A stretch of 46,278 bases of DNA from Sphingomonas sp. (GTDB lineage: Bacteria > Pseudomonadota > Alphaproteobacteria > Sphingomonadales > Sphingomonadaceae): NCBI RefSeq assembly GCF_048594985.1, contig NZ_JBMDXG010000348.1, positions 1 through 46,278 on the forward strand, read 5' to 3'. A program made the translations under genes and the position numbers. Positions 1 to 7,231 of this stretch are shown here, in pieces (position 1 is the first letter of the stretch; every line of letters begins with the position of its first letter). Under the pieces are notes generated by a model. It ran no database searches, had not been told where the DNA came from, and saw only the letters and a list, made by a program, of their open reading frames with translations.

Positions 1-396
1 GGGCGCGCCCTCGGAATTGTACAACAGCGGTACTTCCCCGGCGCGCGGCGCGCCGCCCGCAGCGCGTCCCTCGTTCGTCAGCGTCGGCCCGTCGACCGCA
101 TCGAGCGGCTTGATCCCGCTCGATCGCCAGCGGAAGCGCAGGCGGCATCCCCGGAAATCGCGATCCGTCTCATAAGCGAGCAGCGGATGGTCGTGCCGGT
201 CCTCCGCCTCCCAGATCAGGCCCGCCAGGTCGTCGCGCCGGTAGAATGTCGCGTCGGCCGTCAGCGTGCCCGCGTCCCCCGTCGTCGCGGCCGCCATCAT
301 CGGACGCGGAAAGTCGACCGTCCAGAAGCGCGGGTCGAACCTCTTGATAAAGCTTTCGGTCGGGCGCGTGCCAGCCGGCGCCAGTCTCCACCCCAT
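1..396 (-). CDS. GTA g12-like DUF2460/TIGR02217 protein, N-terminal part only (truncated by window edge)
   Basis: ATG at 396, open to position 1: MGWRLAPAG...IKRFDPRFWTVDFPRPMMA...DDLAGLIWEAEDRHDHPLLAYETDRDFRGCRLRFRWRS. Follows the tape measure gene. Not in the ORF track. Confidence 0.8.
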   Translation of the reverse strand, partial: MGWRLAPAGTRPTESFIKRFDPRFWTVDFPRPMMAAATTGDAGTLTADATFYRRDDLAGLIWEAEDRHDHPLLAYETDRDFRGCRLRFRWRSSGIKPLDAVDGPTLTNEGRAAGGAPRAGEVPLLYNSEGAP

Positions 397-400
397 CGCC

Positions 401-964
401 TCAGCCCTCCGCCGCCTGCAGCGCGCGCGCCACAGCTTGCGCCACCTGCCGGCCCGATCGGGCAAGCGCGCGCGGGGCCTCGCCCTGCGTTGCGTTGACC
501 GTGATCGACACTCGAACATCGCGTGCGGCTCCGCGCTCCGCCGCCGGCAGCACCGCGCCGCTGCTGGTCGGCACGAACACTTCCGGGCCGCGCTCGCCCA
601 CGACATAGGCGGCGCCCGGCGTGACCGGGCCGCCGGTCGCGCGTCCGGGCAGGCCCAGCACCGCCGTCAGCAGCGTGCCGGCGAGCCCCGTCAACCCGCC
701 GCCGCCCGTCGCGCCGATCCCGCTGCGCAGCGCCGCGCTGGCAATCTCGTTCAGGCCGCGCAGCGCCACCGCGCGCAGATCGTCGAACTCCAGCTTGCCG
801 CCACGCACGGCGCGCGCCAGCGCGGTCTCGATCGATCGCCCGGCGCGGTCCGCCCCGCTCCCCAATCCGTCGGTCAGCGTCGCGCGCATTTCCGCCACGT
901 CGCGCGCGAAGCCGCCTGTGCCGGCGCGCACGCCGATCACCAGGCTGTCGATTTCCTCATCCAT
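401..964 (-). CDS. GTA tail tape measure protein (short, 187 aa)
   Basis: GKLEFDDLRAVAL and GRATGGPV...YVVGERGPEVFVP motifs; position after the chaperones. Confidence 0.85.
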   Translation of the reverse strand: MDEEIDSLVIGVRAGTGGFARDVAEMRATLTDGLGSGADRAGRSIETALARAVRGGKLEFDDLRAVALRGLNEIASAALRSGIGATGGGGLTGLAGTLLTAVLGLPGRATGGPVTPGAAYVVGERGPEVFVPTSSGAVLPAAERGAARDVRVSITVNATQGEAPRALARSGRQVAQAVARALQAAEG

Positions 965-1154
965 CCGGAAACATCTCCTTCAGCCGCGCGATCGCGTCGG
1001 CTGGCGGCGGCGCGGGCCGCTCGCCCGCCAGCGCCGCGATCACCGCATGCAATTCGCTCGGCGTCGCCGCCCAGAACTCGGCTGGCCGCCAGCCGAGCAG
1101 CGCGCCCGCCACCCCCGCCAGCCGCGCCGCCGACGCCGCGATCCGCGCGCTCAT
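957..1154 (-). CDS. Phage/GTA tail assembly chaperone (g10.1-like)
   Basis: LGWRPAEFWAATPSEL and C-terminal LKEMFPDG; overlaps both neighbours. Confidence 0.85.
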   Translation of the reverse strand: MSARIAASAARLAGVAGALLGWRPAEFWAATPSELHAVIAALAGERPAPPPADAIARLKEMFPDG

Positions 1155-1459
1155 CGCCCTTTCAGGATCTCGCCGATCAGCGTGCGCAGCGCCGGGGCGG
1201 TCGCCGCCAGCCCGCTCTCGACGATCGCCTCGCCCAGCCGGACGCGCGTCAGCGCCTCGGGCCTTTCGTGGGCGCAGTGCCAGAACAGCGCCGCCACCTC
1301 GGCCAGCCGCAGCGACCCCGCCGCCGCGCGCTCGACCAGCGCGAACAGCGGCCCCAGTTCCTCCTCCGCCGCAACCAGCGCCGCGAAGCTCGGGCGGAGC
1401 ACCAGCACCGCACCGTCGATCGCGAGGGCCGCCTCGCCGCGCGCCGGATTGGCGCTCAC
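1151..1459 (-). CDS. GTA gp10-family tail assembly chaperone
   Basis: ANPARGEA...LRPSFAALVAAEEELGPLFALVERAAAG signature. Confidence 0.85.
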   Translation of the reverse strand: MSANPARGEAALAIDGAVLVLRPSFAALVAAEEELGPLFALVERAAAGSLRLAEVAALFWHCAHERPEALTRVRLGEAIVESGLAATAPALRTLIGEILKGR

Positions 1460-1863
1460 AGGCTCGTCACCGCGCCCGAGCTTTCCAGCGCGAGCGTGTA
1501 GCTACGTTCCCCGTTGAAATCGCCGGCATAATCGAGCCGCGTGAGCAGGAAGCGCCCGCGCATCCGCTCGCCCCCCTCGAACGACAATTCATAATCGTCG
1601 AGCGTGCCGGCCAGCGCATTGCCCTTCAGCCGCGCTTCGGCCGCCGATCCGGTGAAGACCCCCGCGCCCGCCACCGACACGCTGCGCGTGCCCGCGCCGG
1701 ACAGCAGTTCGCGCCATCCGCCCGAACCCTTGTTGGTGATCGCGACACTTTCGCCGTTGATCGAAAGCTGCGTGGTGCGCAGACCCGCCACGGTCGCGTA
1801 GGTCGGCGTCGCCGCCCCGTCGCCGACCTTGAGCAGGAACGCGCTGCCTCTTTCCGCCGCCAT
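1456..1863 (-). CDS. Major tail tube protein (TP901-1 family, GTA g9)
   Basis: MAAERGSAFLLKVGDG...TVAGLRTT...GGWRELLSGAG...YAGDFNGERSYTLALESSG; AAGGAG RBS before ATG 1863. Confidence 0.92.
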   Translation of the reverse strand: MAAERGSAFLLKVGDGAATPTYATVAGLRTTQLSINGESVAITNKGSGGWRELLSGAGTRSVSVAGAGVFTGSAAEARLKGNALAGTLDDYELSFEGGERMRGRFLLTRLDYAGDFNGERSYTLALESSGAVTSL

Positions 1864-1890
1864 GTCCGTCTCCTTCATGAACTGCGCGCG

Positions 1891-2286
1891 TCACGCTTCC
1901 AGCGTGCGCGCGCGATATTCGACCATGCCCGTCCACGGCCCGCCCGCCGGGCGCAGCACGCGGCTGCGGATCAGCATCAGGCTCGCGATGCGGTGATGCG
2001 GCAGGTTCGCCGGCAGCGCCTCGATCGCCGCCTCGACCGCGCCGACCAGCCCGTGGAGCCGCGCCGCGCGGCCCGCTTCGTCCCAGATCGCGATCGTCAG
2101 CCGGTGCTCGCGCCCGCGCCCGGTCTTGTGGCTCCAGTCGGTCGTGAACCCGTCGCCGATCGTGAGGTAGGGATAGGCAGCACGCACCGGTGGCCCGTCG
2201 AATACCCCGCTCGCGATCTCGCTCACCCCCTCCGCCCCGGCCAGCGCCGCCACCAGCGCGGCCTGCATTTCCGCAGCCGCGCTCAT
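1891..2286 (-). CDS. Tail terminator, DUF3168 family (GTA g8)
   Basis: GVFDGPP..AAYPYLTIG...DWSHKTGRGREHRLTIAIWD; ATGA overlap with the upstream ORF. Confidence 0.85.
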   Translation of the reverse strand: MSAAAEMQAALVAALAGAEGVSEIASGVFDGPPVRAAYPYLTIGDGFTTDWSHKTGRGREHRLTIAIWDEAGRAARLHGLVGAVEAAIEALPANLPHHRIASLMLIRSRVLRPAGGPWTGMVEYRARTLEA

Positions 2287-2459
2287 CGCATCCTCCGCGC
2301 CGCATCCGCGACCAGATGGTGTAGCCGGGGATCCGCCGCCCATCGCCGCAGCAGGCCCGGCCCCGTCAGGCGGATGCCCTCGGGCAGGCGCTCGATCGTC
2401 ACGTCGGGCGGCGCCTCGCTTGCCGCCGCCGTCAGCGCATCGACCGCGCGCCCGATCAT
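2283..2459 (-). CDS. Small GTA neck-region hypothetical protein (58 aa)
   Basis: MIGRAVDAL...PDVTIERLPEGIRLTGPGLLRRWAADPRL. GGAGG RBS and 4-nt overlaps with both neighbours. Confidence 0.6.
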   Translation of the reverse strand: MIGRAVDALTAAASEAPPDVTIERLPEGIRLTGPGLLRRWAADPRLHHLVADAARRMR

Positions 2460-2776
2460 CGCACCTCCTCCCCGATCGCGACGACGCGGTCGGGCAGCGC
2501 CGGGTCGGCGATCACCCGCGTCACGTCGACCGAGTGGGTCAGCCGCTCGATCCGGTCGCCCACGCGCACGTCGCACGGGCGCAGGCTCACCCGCCACAGC
2601 GGCCGCGCGTCCAGAGCCTGTCCGACATGTGCGTCGCCATGGCCGACCGGGCGCGCGCTCGCCCACACCACGTCGATCACCGTCCAATCGTCGCCCAGTG
2701 CGCCGAGCGCATCGCGGCTCTCGCTCCGCCGCTGGAGCACCACCCGCTCGCGCAGGATTCCCGCAAAGCCGCTCAT
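2456..2776 (-). CDS. Head closure/stopper protein (SPP1 gp16-like, GTA g7)
   Basis: MSGFAGILRERVVLQRR...DALG...W..VWA...VGDRI...DPALPDR; position in the cluster. Confidence 0.8.
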   Translation of the reverse strand: MSGFAGILRERVVLQRRSESRDALGALGDDWTVIDVVWASARPVGHGDAHVGQALDARPLWRVSLRPCDVRVGDRIERLTHSVDVTRVIADPALPDRVVAIGEEVR

Positions 2777-3372
2777 GCCAGCCGCATCCTGCGCCACGGG
2801 CGCCACAGCGCGGCGACTGCCGCCGGCGGCGCGCCCTCGTCGGCCGCGTCGCGATGCGCATAGAGATGGCTTGCCAGCCGGATCACGCCCTGCTGGATCG
2901 GTTCGGGCAGGGCCTCCCACGCCTCCGCCAGGCCCGCGACGTAGCGCACCTGCGCCCGTCCACCCGTGATCGGCGCGGTCAGGCGCACCCAGCCGTCACC
3001 GCCGGCATCGATGCCGAACGCATGGCTGTCGACCGGCAACGGCTCTGCGTCGGCGTCCGGTGTCTCGATCGCGGTGATCGCCCTCACCGGCGTCCGCGCC
3101 AGCCGCCGCCACGCGGGCGATGCGGGCAGCAGCTCCACGACGTCACGCGCGATCAGCATCTGGCCGGTAAAGGCCTCGCCATGGCCGATCGCCGCCGCCA
3201 CCAATGTCGCCAGCGTCGCGTCGTCGGCGTCGCCATCGATGCGCAGATAGGCTTTGGCCGTGGCGACGGCGGGGACGGGCGGGACGATCGCGTCGGCGCG
3301 CGTCAGCCCCGCCCCGCACGCAGGCGGAACGGCCGGCGCCGCGCATGCGACGCCTGCGGAAAGGATCATCAT
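2773..3372 (-). CDS. Head-tail adaptor (gp6/gp15-like, GTA g6)
   Basis: AKAYLRID..DD..L..AA...EAFTGQMLI...LPEPIQQGVIRLASHLYAHRD...PPAAVAALWRPWRRMRL; GGAGG RBS. Confidence 0.85.
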   Translation of the reverse strand: MMILSAGVACAAPAVPPACGAGLTRADAIVPPVPAVATAKAYLRIDGDADDATLATLVAAAIGHGEAFTGQMLIARDVVELLPASPAWRRLARTPVRAITAIETPDADAEPLPVDSHAFGIDAGGDGWVRLTAPITGGRAQVRYVAGLAEAWEALPEPIQQGVIRLASHLYAHRDAADEGAPPAAVAALWRPWRRMRLA

Positions 3373-3394
3373 TGTCCTCCGTTGATGGGGGGTG

Positions 3395-3532
3395 TCAGGC
3401 GGCGGCGAAGAAGGCCGCGGCCGCCGCGTCGAGCGTGGCCGGCGTCCAGCCGGCGGGCACGCGCAGCACCGCATCGCCCAGGGTCAGCAGCACACTGCCG
3501 TCACGCTCGTACAGGATGGCGGGTTCGTCCAT
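3395..3532 (-). CDS. Small hypothetical protein (45 aa) in the head-spike module
   Basis: GAGGAGA RBS before ATG 3532; MDEPAILYERDGSVLLTLGDAVLRVPAGWTPATLDAAAAAFFAAA; fills the gap between two co-oriented genes. Confidence 0.6.
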   Translation of the reverse strand: MDEPAILYERDGSVLLTLGDAVLRVPAGWTPATLDAAAAAFFAAA

Positions 3533-3545
3533 GGCGCGTCTCTCC

Positions 3546-4250
3546 TCAGGCGATGGTGACGGACAGCAGGGGGACACGCCCGGCCGGCGACCAGGCGCCG
3601 AACGCGTTGGGCAACCCGGCGGAAAATGGCACCGCCGCATTGGCCGTCACGCCCCCGATCACATTGTTGATCGATCCGTATGGCCCGGTCGCGCCGACCA
3701 GCCAGGTCAGCCCGCGCTCGGTCGCCGCATTGGCCTGCAGTGCGACGGGCGCATTCGCGTGGATCGCGAGCCAGTAGATTCCGGGGGCCAGCGCTACCGG
3801 CTCGGTCAGCGCCACCTCGATCGACGCGGCCGATCCCGTGCTCGGCGCGCTCGCGCCCTCGGCGACCTTGACGCCCGGGCCGCGATCGTCGGCATACAGG
3901 CCGACCCGCGCGCTCCCGCTCGCGCCCATCGTGACGCGCAGCCCGATCGACGCGATCGCGCAGGCCTGCGTGATCGGGATCGGCACCGCATACAGCGTGT
4001 CCGCCGCCACCGTCATTGGCGCAGGCGTAATCGTGAAGGGCGGGCAATAGCTCAACCCGGACACATAGCCGGGGTGGGTCAGCGCGACCGCGCCGCCGAT
4101 CGCCTCGTGCATCGCGGGCTGGCTGAGCGCGTAGGTCAGGATCTGCGCCGGGGTCAGGTGGACGGTGGCGCCCCCCTGGACGGCGGGCACCGCTTCGCCG
4201 CCCGCCAGCGCCGAAGCGGGGGCGAGCGCCGAAATCTTCGTATCGGGCAT
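3546..4250 (-). CDS. Putative head fibre/spike protein (234 aa) with an N-terminal KISAL attachment-type motif and a beta-rich C-terminal domain
   Basis: MPDTKISALAPASALAGGEAVPAVQGGATVH resembles phage fibre N-termini. C-terminal ARVGLYAD..GPG and LAPGIYWLAI look beta-sandwich-like. GGAG RBS. Confidence 0.6.
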   Translation of the reverse strand: MPDTKISALAPASALAGGEAVPAVQGGATVHLTPAQILTYALSQPAMHEAIGGAVALTHPGYVSGLSYCPPFTITPAPMTVAADTLYAVPIPITQACAIASIGLRVTMGASGSARVGLYADDRGPGVKVAEGASAPSTGSAASIEVALTEPVALAPGIYWLAIHANAPVALQANAATERGLTWLVGATGPYGSINNVIGGVTANAAVPFSAGLPNAFGAWSPAGRVPLLSVTIA

Positions 4251-4254
4251 GATG

Positions 4255-4386
4255 TTACTCCAGCAGCAGCGCGCCGCCCGCTTCGTTCTGCAGGCGGCCG
4301 CCATCCTCGCGCAGCAGTCGCGCGGCCGGTCCCGCCCCGCCGCCGTCCGGGCGGCGTGACAGGATCGCGATCAGGATTCCGATCAT
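4255..4386 (-). CDS. Uncalled 43-aa ORF, putative head-spike linker peptide
   Basis: MIGILIAILSRRPDGGGAGPAARLLREDGGRLQNEAGGALLLE-TAA. Starts 2 nt after the spike-base stop, ends 4 nt before the fibre ATG, and uses GC3-rich codons. Confidence 0.7.
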   Translation of the reverse strand: MIGILIAILSRRPDGGGAGPAARLLREDGGRLQNEAGGALLLE

Positions 4387-4388
4387 CG

Positions 4389-4655
4389 TCAATAGAGCGC
4401 GAGCAGGTCGGCGGCGGTGGTCCCGCTCGCCCGCACATACTGCGCGCGGAACGGCAGGATCGTGCCCGACGGCACGTTGCGCCAGGCTTCGTCCGCGCCG
4501 CCGCGCGCGCCCCGCATCACGATCGTGCCGCCCGTGCCGACGAACAATCCCTTGGGAATGTCGGGCAGCGGGGCGGTGTCGTGCGGCGTGATCGCAACCG
4601 CGCGCGTCGCGGGCGCGAACGGCGCGTCCGCGACATTGGAAAAGGGATCGGCCAT
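4389..4655 (-). CDS. ghsA: Head spike base protein, Rcc01079/GhsA family
   Basis: MADPF...APATRAVAITPHD..L...KGLFVGTGG...NVPSGTILPFRAQYVRASGTTAADLLALY is the recognisable Rcc01079 pattern. Confidence 0.8.
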   Translation of the reverse strand: MADPFSNVADAPFAPATRAVAITPHDTAPLPDIPKGLFVGTGGTIVMRGARGGADEAWRNVPSGTILPFRAQYVRASGTTAADLLALY

Positions 4656-4674
4656 GTCTGTCTCCCGGAAATGG

Positions 4675-4700
4675 GGCCGGCGGCGATCGCGCCGCCGGCC
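4675..4700 (-). terminator. Perfect 11-bp hairpin after the capsid gene (weak terminator or stabiliser)
   Basis: GGCCGGCGGCG-4 nt-CGCCGCCGGCC, followed on the minus strand by CCATTTCC (poor U-tract). Confidence 0.5.
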
Positions 4701-4717
4701 GGGTCGGGCGCGCGCCG

Positions 4718-5857
4718 TCAGGCGGCGGCGAACTTCATCAGCTTGATCGCTTCCGAATTGATCACCGCGCCGCCCACGCGCTTGACCGCGTAGAAGTGGA
4801 CGAACGGCTTATGGCTGAACGGATCGCGCAGGATCGCGGTCTCGGCCCGCTCGGCGATCAGGTACCCCGCCTTGAAGTTGCCGAACGCGATCGCCAGCGC
4901 GTTGGCGGCGATGTCGGGCATGTCCTCGCTCTCGACCACCGGATAGCCGAGCAACGTGTCCGCCCGCCCCTCGGCCAGCCCCGGCTGCCACAGGAACGCG
5001 CCGTCGGCGGTCTTGAACTTGCGGATCGCCGACAAGGTGGCCGAATTCATCACGAACGCCGCCCCCTGCCGGTACGGCGCGCGCAGCGACTGGGCCAGGT
5101 CGACCAGCCGGTCCTGCGGGTTCGCCGCCGCGAAGCCGCCCGCCGCCCCGCTCGCCACATATTGCAGCGTTCCGAACGCGCGCGTCGCGTCACTGTCGGT
5201 GCTGGTCGGATAGGTCAGGAAGCCCTTGGGCTTGCTCGTCCCGTTGCCCGCGACGAACGCCTGTCCTTCGGCCCGCGCGAATTCGGTCGCGATCTCGCCC
5301 GCCAGCCAGCCTTCGACGTCGAACCCCGCATCGTCCAGCATCGCCTGGCTCGCCGCCGGATTGGCGTAGAGCTCGCCCATCGGCGGCGCGACCTCGCGGA
5401 ACACCGGCGTCGCGGTCTCGGTCCGCGCGTCGGTCTCGGCGACCCAGCCCGACGGCGTGCCGCCGGTCGTGACGAGCTTGCGATAGCCCGCGCTCCCGAC
5501 CGTCACCACGTTGGCGATCGCCCGGATCGGGGAAATCGCGGTCAGCGTGCGATCGATCGCCTCGTCGATCTCGCGCGGCACGGCATAGCCGCCCTCGCCC
5601 CCGCTCGCGCCGCTCATGCTCTTCAGCTCGACGCCGCCCTCGATCCCCTTGCGCAGATAGGTGTCGACGAATGCCTTGGCCCCGCTCTCGCCGCCGGCGC
5701 TCGCCCCGCTCAGCGCCGGCCGCGCGCCCGCCACCGCGGCCGCGTCCATCCGCGCCTTCAGCTGCGCCATCTCCGCGCGCAGCTCGCCCACCGCCTCGCC
5801 GGCCGCGACCGCGTCGAACGACGCCTCCAGCGGATCGACCGATTTCGTCTCGTACAT
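4718..5857 (-). CDS. Major capsid protein, HK97 family (GTA g5)
   Basis: GGYAVPREID, ELYANPAASQAMLDD, EFARAEGQAFVAGNG..KPKGFL, RDPFSHKPFVHFYAVKRVGG; GAGGAG RBS. Confidence 0.95.
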   Translation of the reverse strand: MYETKSVDPLEASFDAVAAGEAVGELRAEMAQLKARMDAAAVAGARPALSGASAGGESGAKAFVDTYLRKGIEGGVELKSMSGASGGEGGYAVPREIDEAIDRTLTAISPIRAIANVVTVGSAGYRKLVTTGGTPSGWVAETDARTETATPVFREVAPPMGELYANPAASQAMLDDAGFDVEGWLAGEIATEFARAEGQAFVAGNGTSKPKGFLTYPTSTDSDATRAFGTLQYVASGAAGGFAAANPQDRLVDLAQSLRAPYRQGAAFVMNSATLSAIRKFKTADGAFLWQPGLAEGRADTLLGYPVVESEDMPDIAANALAIAFGNFKAGYLIAERAETAILRDPFSHKPFVHFYAVKRVGGAVINSEAIKLMKFAAA

Positions 5858-5873
5858 CCCATTCTCCTCGGAC

Positions 5874-5911
5874 AAAAAGAAAGGGCGCCCCGCTCATGTG
5901 CGGGACGCCCT
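5874..5911 (-). terminator. Intrinsic terminator immediately upstream of the capsid RBS
   Basis: Minus strand AGGGCGTCCCGC-ACATGA-GCGGGGCGCCCT-TTCTTTTT. Confidence 0.75.
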
Positions 5912-5941
5912 GGAAAACTCGCTGCGACAACGACGTCGGTC

Positions 5942-6496
5942 TCAGATCTCGTCGTCTAGATAATTACCCTTAGCTCGGTAGATTACCCTGGCCGACAGCA
6001 CCTTATCGACCAACACCTCGCTCCTAGAGCCTCCCCCATGACCATAGCTTCCGGGAACAGCGGTTCTTCGACCGACGAAGTCGATCAGAACCATCCGACT
6101 GCGTGGGGGCGTTTCCGGCTCTCGCGCCTTGCCCCATCCAAGCCACTCGCCAAACGGCCAGAGCTTTGCGTCACGTTCGTGCCGTAAGGCTGCGATCACT
6201 TGATCGGGATGGTCCACGTCCTCGAAGAAGCGCGACCCCTCGAACTCGTCGAGCCATACTCCCCGCATCCGCTTTGCCGGAAGCATTTTATAGCATTGGT
6301 CGAAGGGGATCCCCTCGATGACGGTTTTACCGTTCGCCGTGCGCTCCTTCGCGCAGGAATGGATACCGAGGACTTCCAGCGGAAGGATTCTGGCGTACCC
6401 GTCGATCGGGTTAACGTAGGCCGCGATCGGCGGCGCGTGGCGATCGCACCCCGCGAGAATTATCGCCACAAGAAGAACCGCGCGTCGCATCGCCAT
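5942..6496 (-). CDS. Hypothetical lipoprotein, low-GC insert between protease and capsid
   Basis: Signal peptide with lipobox ILAGC. GC is lower than the flanks (30/60 over 5941-6000 by hand count). Confidence 0.7.
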   Translation of the reverse strand: MAMRRAVLLVAIILAGCDRHAPPIAAYVNPIDGYARILPLEVLGIHSCAKERTANGKTVIEGIPFDQCYKMLPAKRMRGVWLDEFEGSRFFEDVDHPDQVIAALRHERDAKLWPFGEWLGWGKAREPETPPRSRMVLIDFVGRRTAVPGSYGHGGGSRSEVLVDKVLSARVIYRAKGNYLDDEI

Positions 6497-6500
6497 CGTC

Positions 6501-6914
6501 TTAATCTATCTGCGCCATGGGCTCCACCGCATGCACCCGCGCCGCCGGCTGCATCGGCAGGGTGACGAGGCTCACCTCGACCAGGTCGAGATCGGTCAGT
6601 TCGCGTTGCGCGCCCTCGCGCTTGCCCCGCACGCGGTAGCCGAAGCTCAGGCCCCCGACCGCGCCGTCCTTCAGCAGCGCCGCCGCCTCGCGCCCCGCCG
6701 CCGATCCCTCGCTCACCCGCCCGATCACGCGGAGGCCACGCGCATCCTCGGCCAGTCGCTCGATCCGCCCGATCGGCGTCCCCGGCCGGTGCTGCCACAG
6801 CAGGGGCACGCCCGCCGGCCCGGCCGCGACCGCGCGCGCGAACGCGCCCCGGCGCACCACGTCGCCGCCGCGATCGACCCGGTCGAACAGCGCCGCATAG
6901 CCCGCGAACCTCAT
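6501..6914 (-). CDS. HK97 family prohead protease (GTA g4)
   Basis: MRFAGYAALFDRVDRGGDVV, LLWQH, GLSFGYRV, EVSLVTLPMQP. Confidence 0.92.
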   Translation of the reverse strand: MRFAGYAALFDRVDRGGDVVRRGAFARAVAAGPAGVPLLWQHRPGTPIGRIERLAEDARGLRVIGRVSEGSAAGREAAALLKDGAVGGLSFGYRVRGKREGAQRELTDLDLVEVSLVTLPMQPAARVHAVEPMAQID

Positions 6915-7231
6915 GCCCCGCGCACCATCGCGACGAGCCCCAATTTTACCGCCAGCCCCATCAGCAGGAGCGCGAGGCTGATCCGCACCAGCCAGTTGAC
7001 CACCTCGTTGCGCGCGGAGCGCTTGGCGTCGCGCCATGCGCCCAGCAGCTGGCGCAGCTCGCCCAGGTCGCCGCGCGCGCCCTCGTCGCTTAAGCCCAGC
7101 CGGCCGAGCGCGCGTTCCGCCCCCGCCTCGCTCGCCTCCTCGGCCAGCGCGCGCAAAGTCACCAGGCTCGCGCCCTCGCTCTCCGCCTGCGCGACCAGCC
7201 GCGCCAGCATCGCCTCCGTGTCGAGCATCAT
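6911..7231 (-). CDS. DUF6127-like GTA protein with a C-terminal TM helix (g3.5 position)
   Basis: TLRALAEEASEAGAERALGRLGLSD..A..DL.ELRQLL.AWRDAKRSA plus a hydrophobic tail. Confidence 0.75.
   Translation of the reverse strand: MMLDTEAMLARLVAQAESEGASLVTLRALAEEASEAGAERALGRLGLSDEGARGDLGELRQLLGAWRDAKRSARNEVVNWLVRISLALLLMGLAVKLGLVAMVRGA

Noticed and set aside
957-1459. Lambda G/GT-type programmed frameshift in the tail chaperones
   Set aside because: No slippery heptamer seen; the second ORF has its own ATG in an ATGA overlap.
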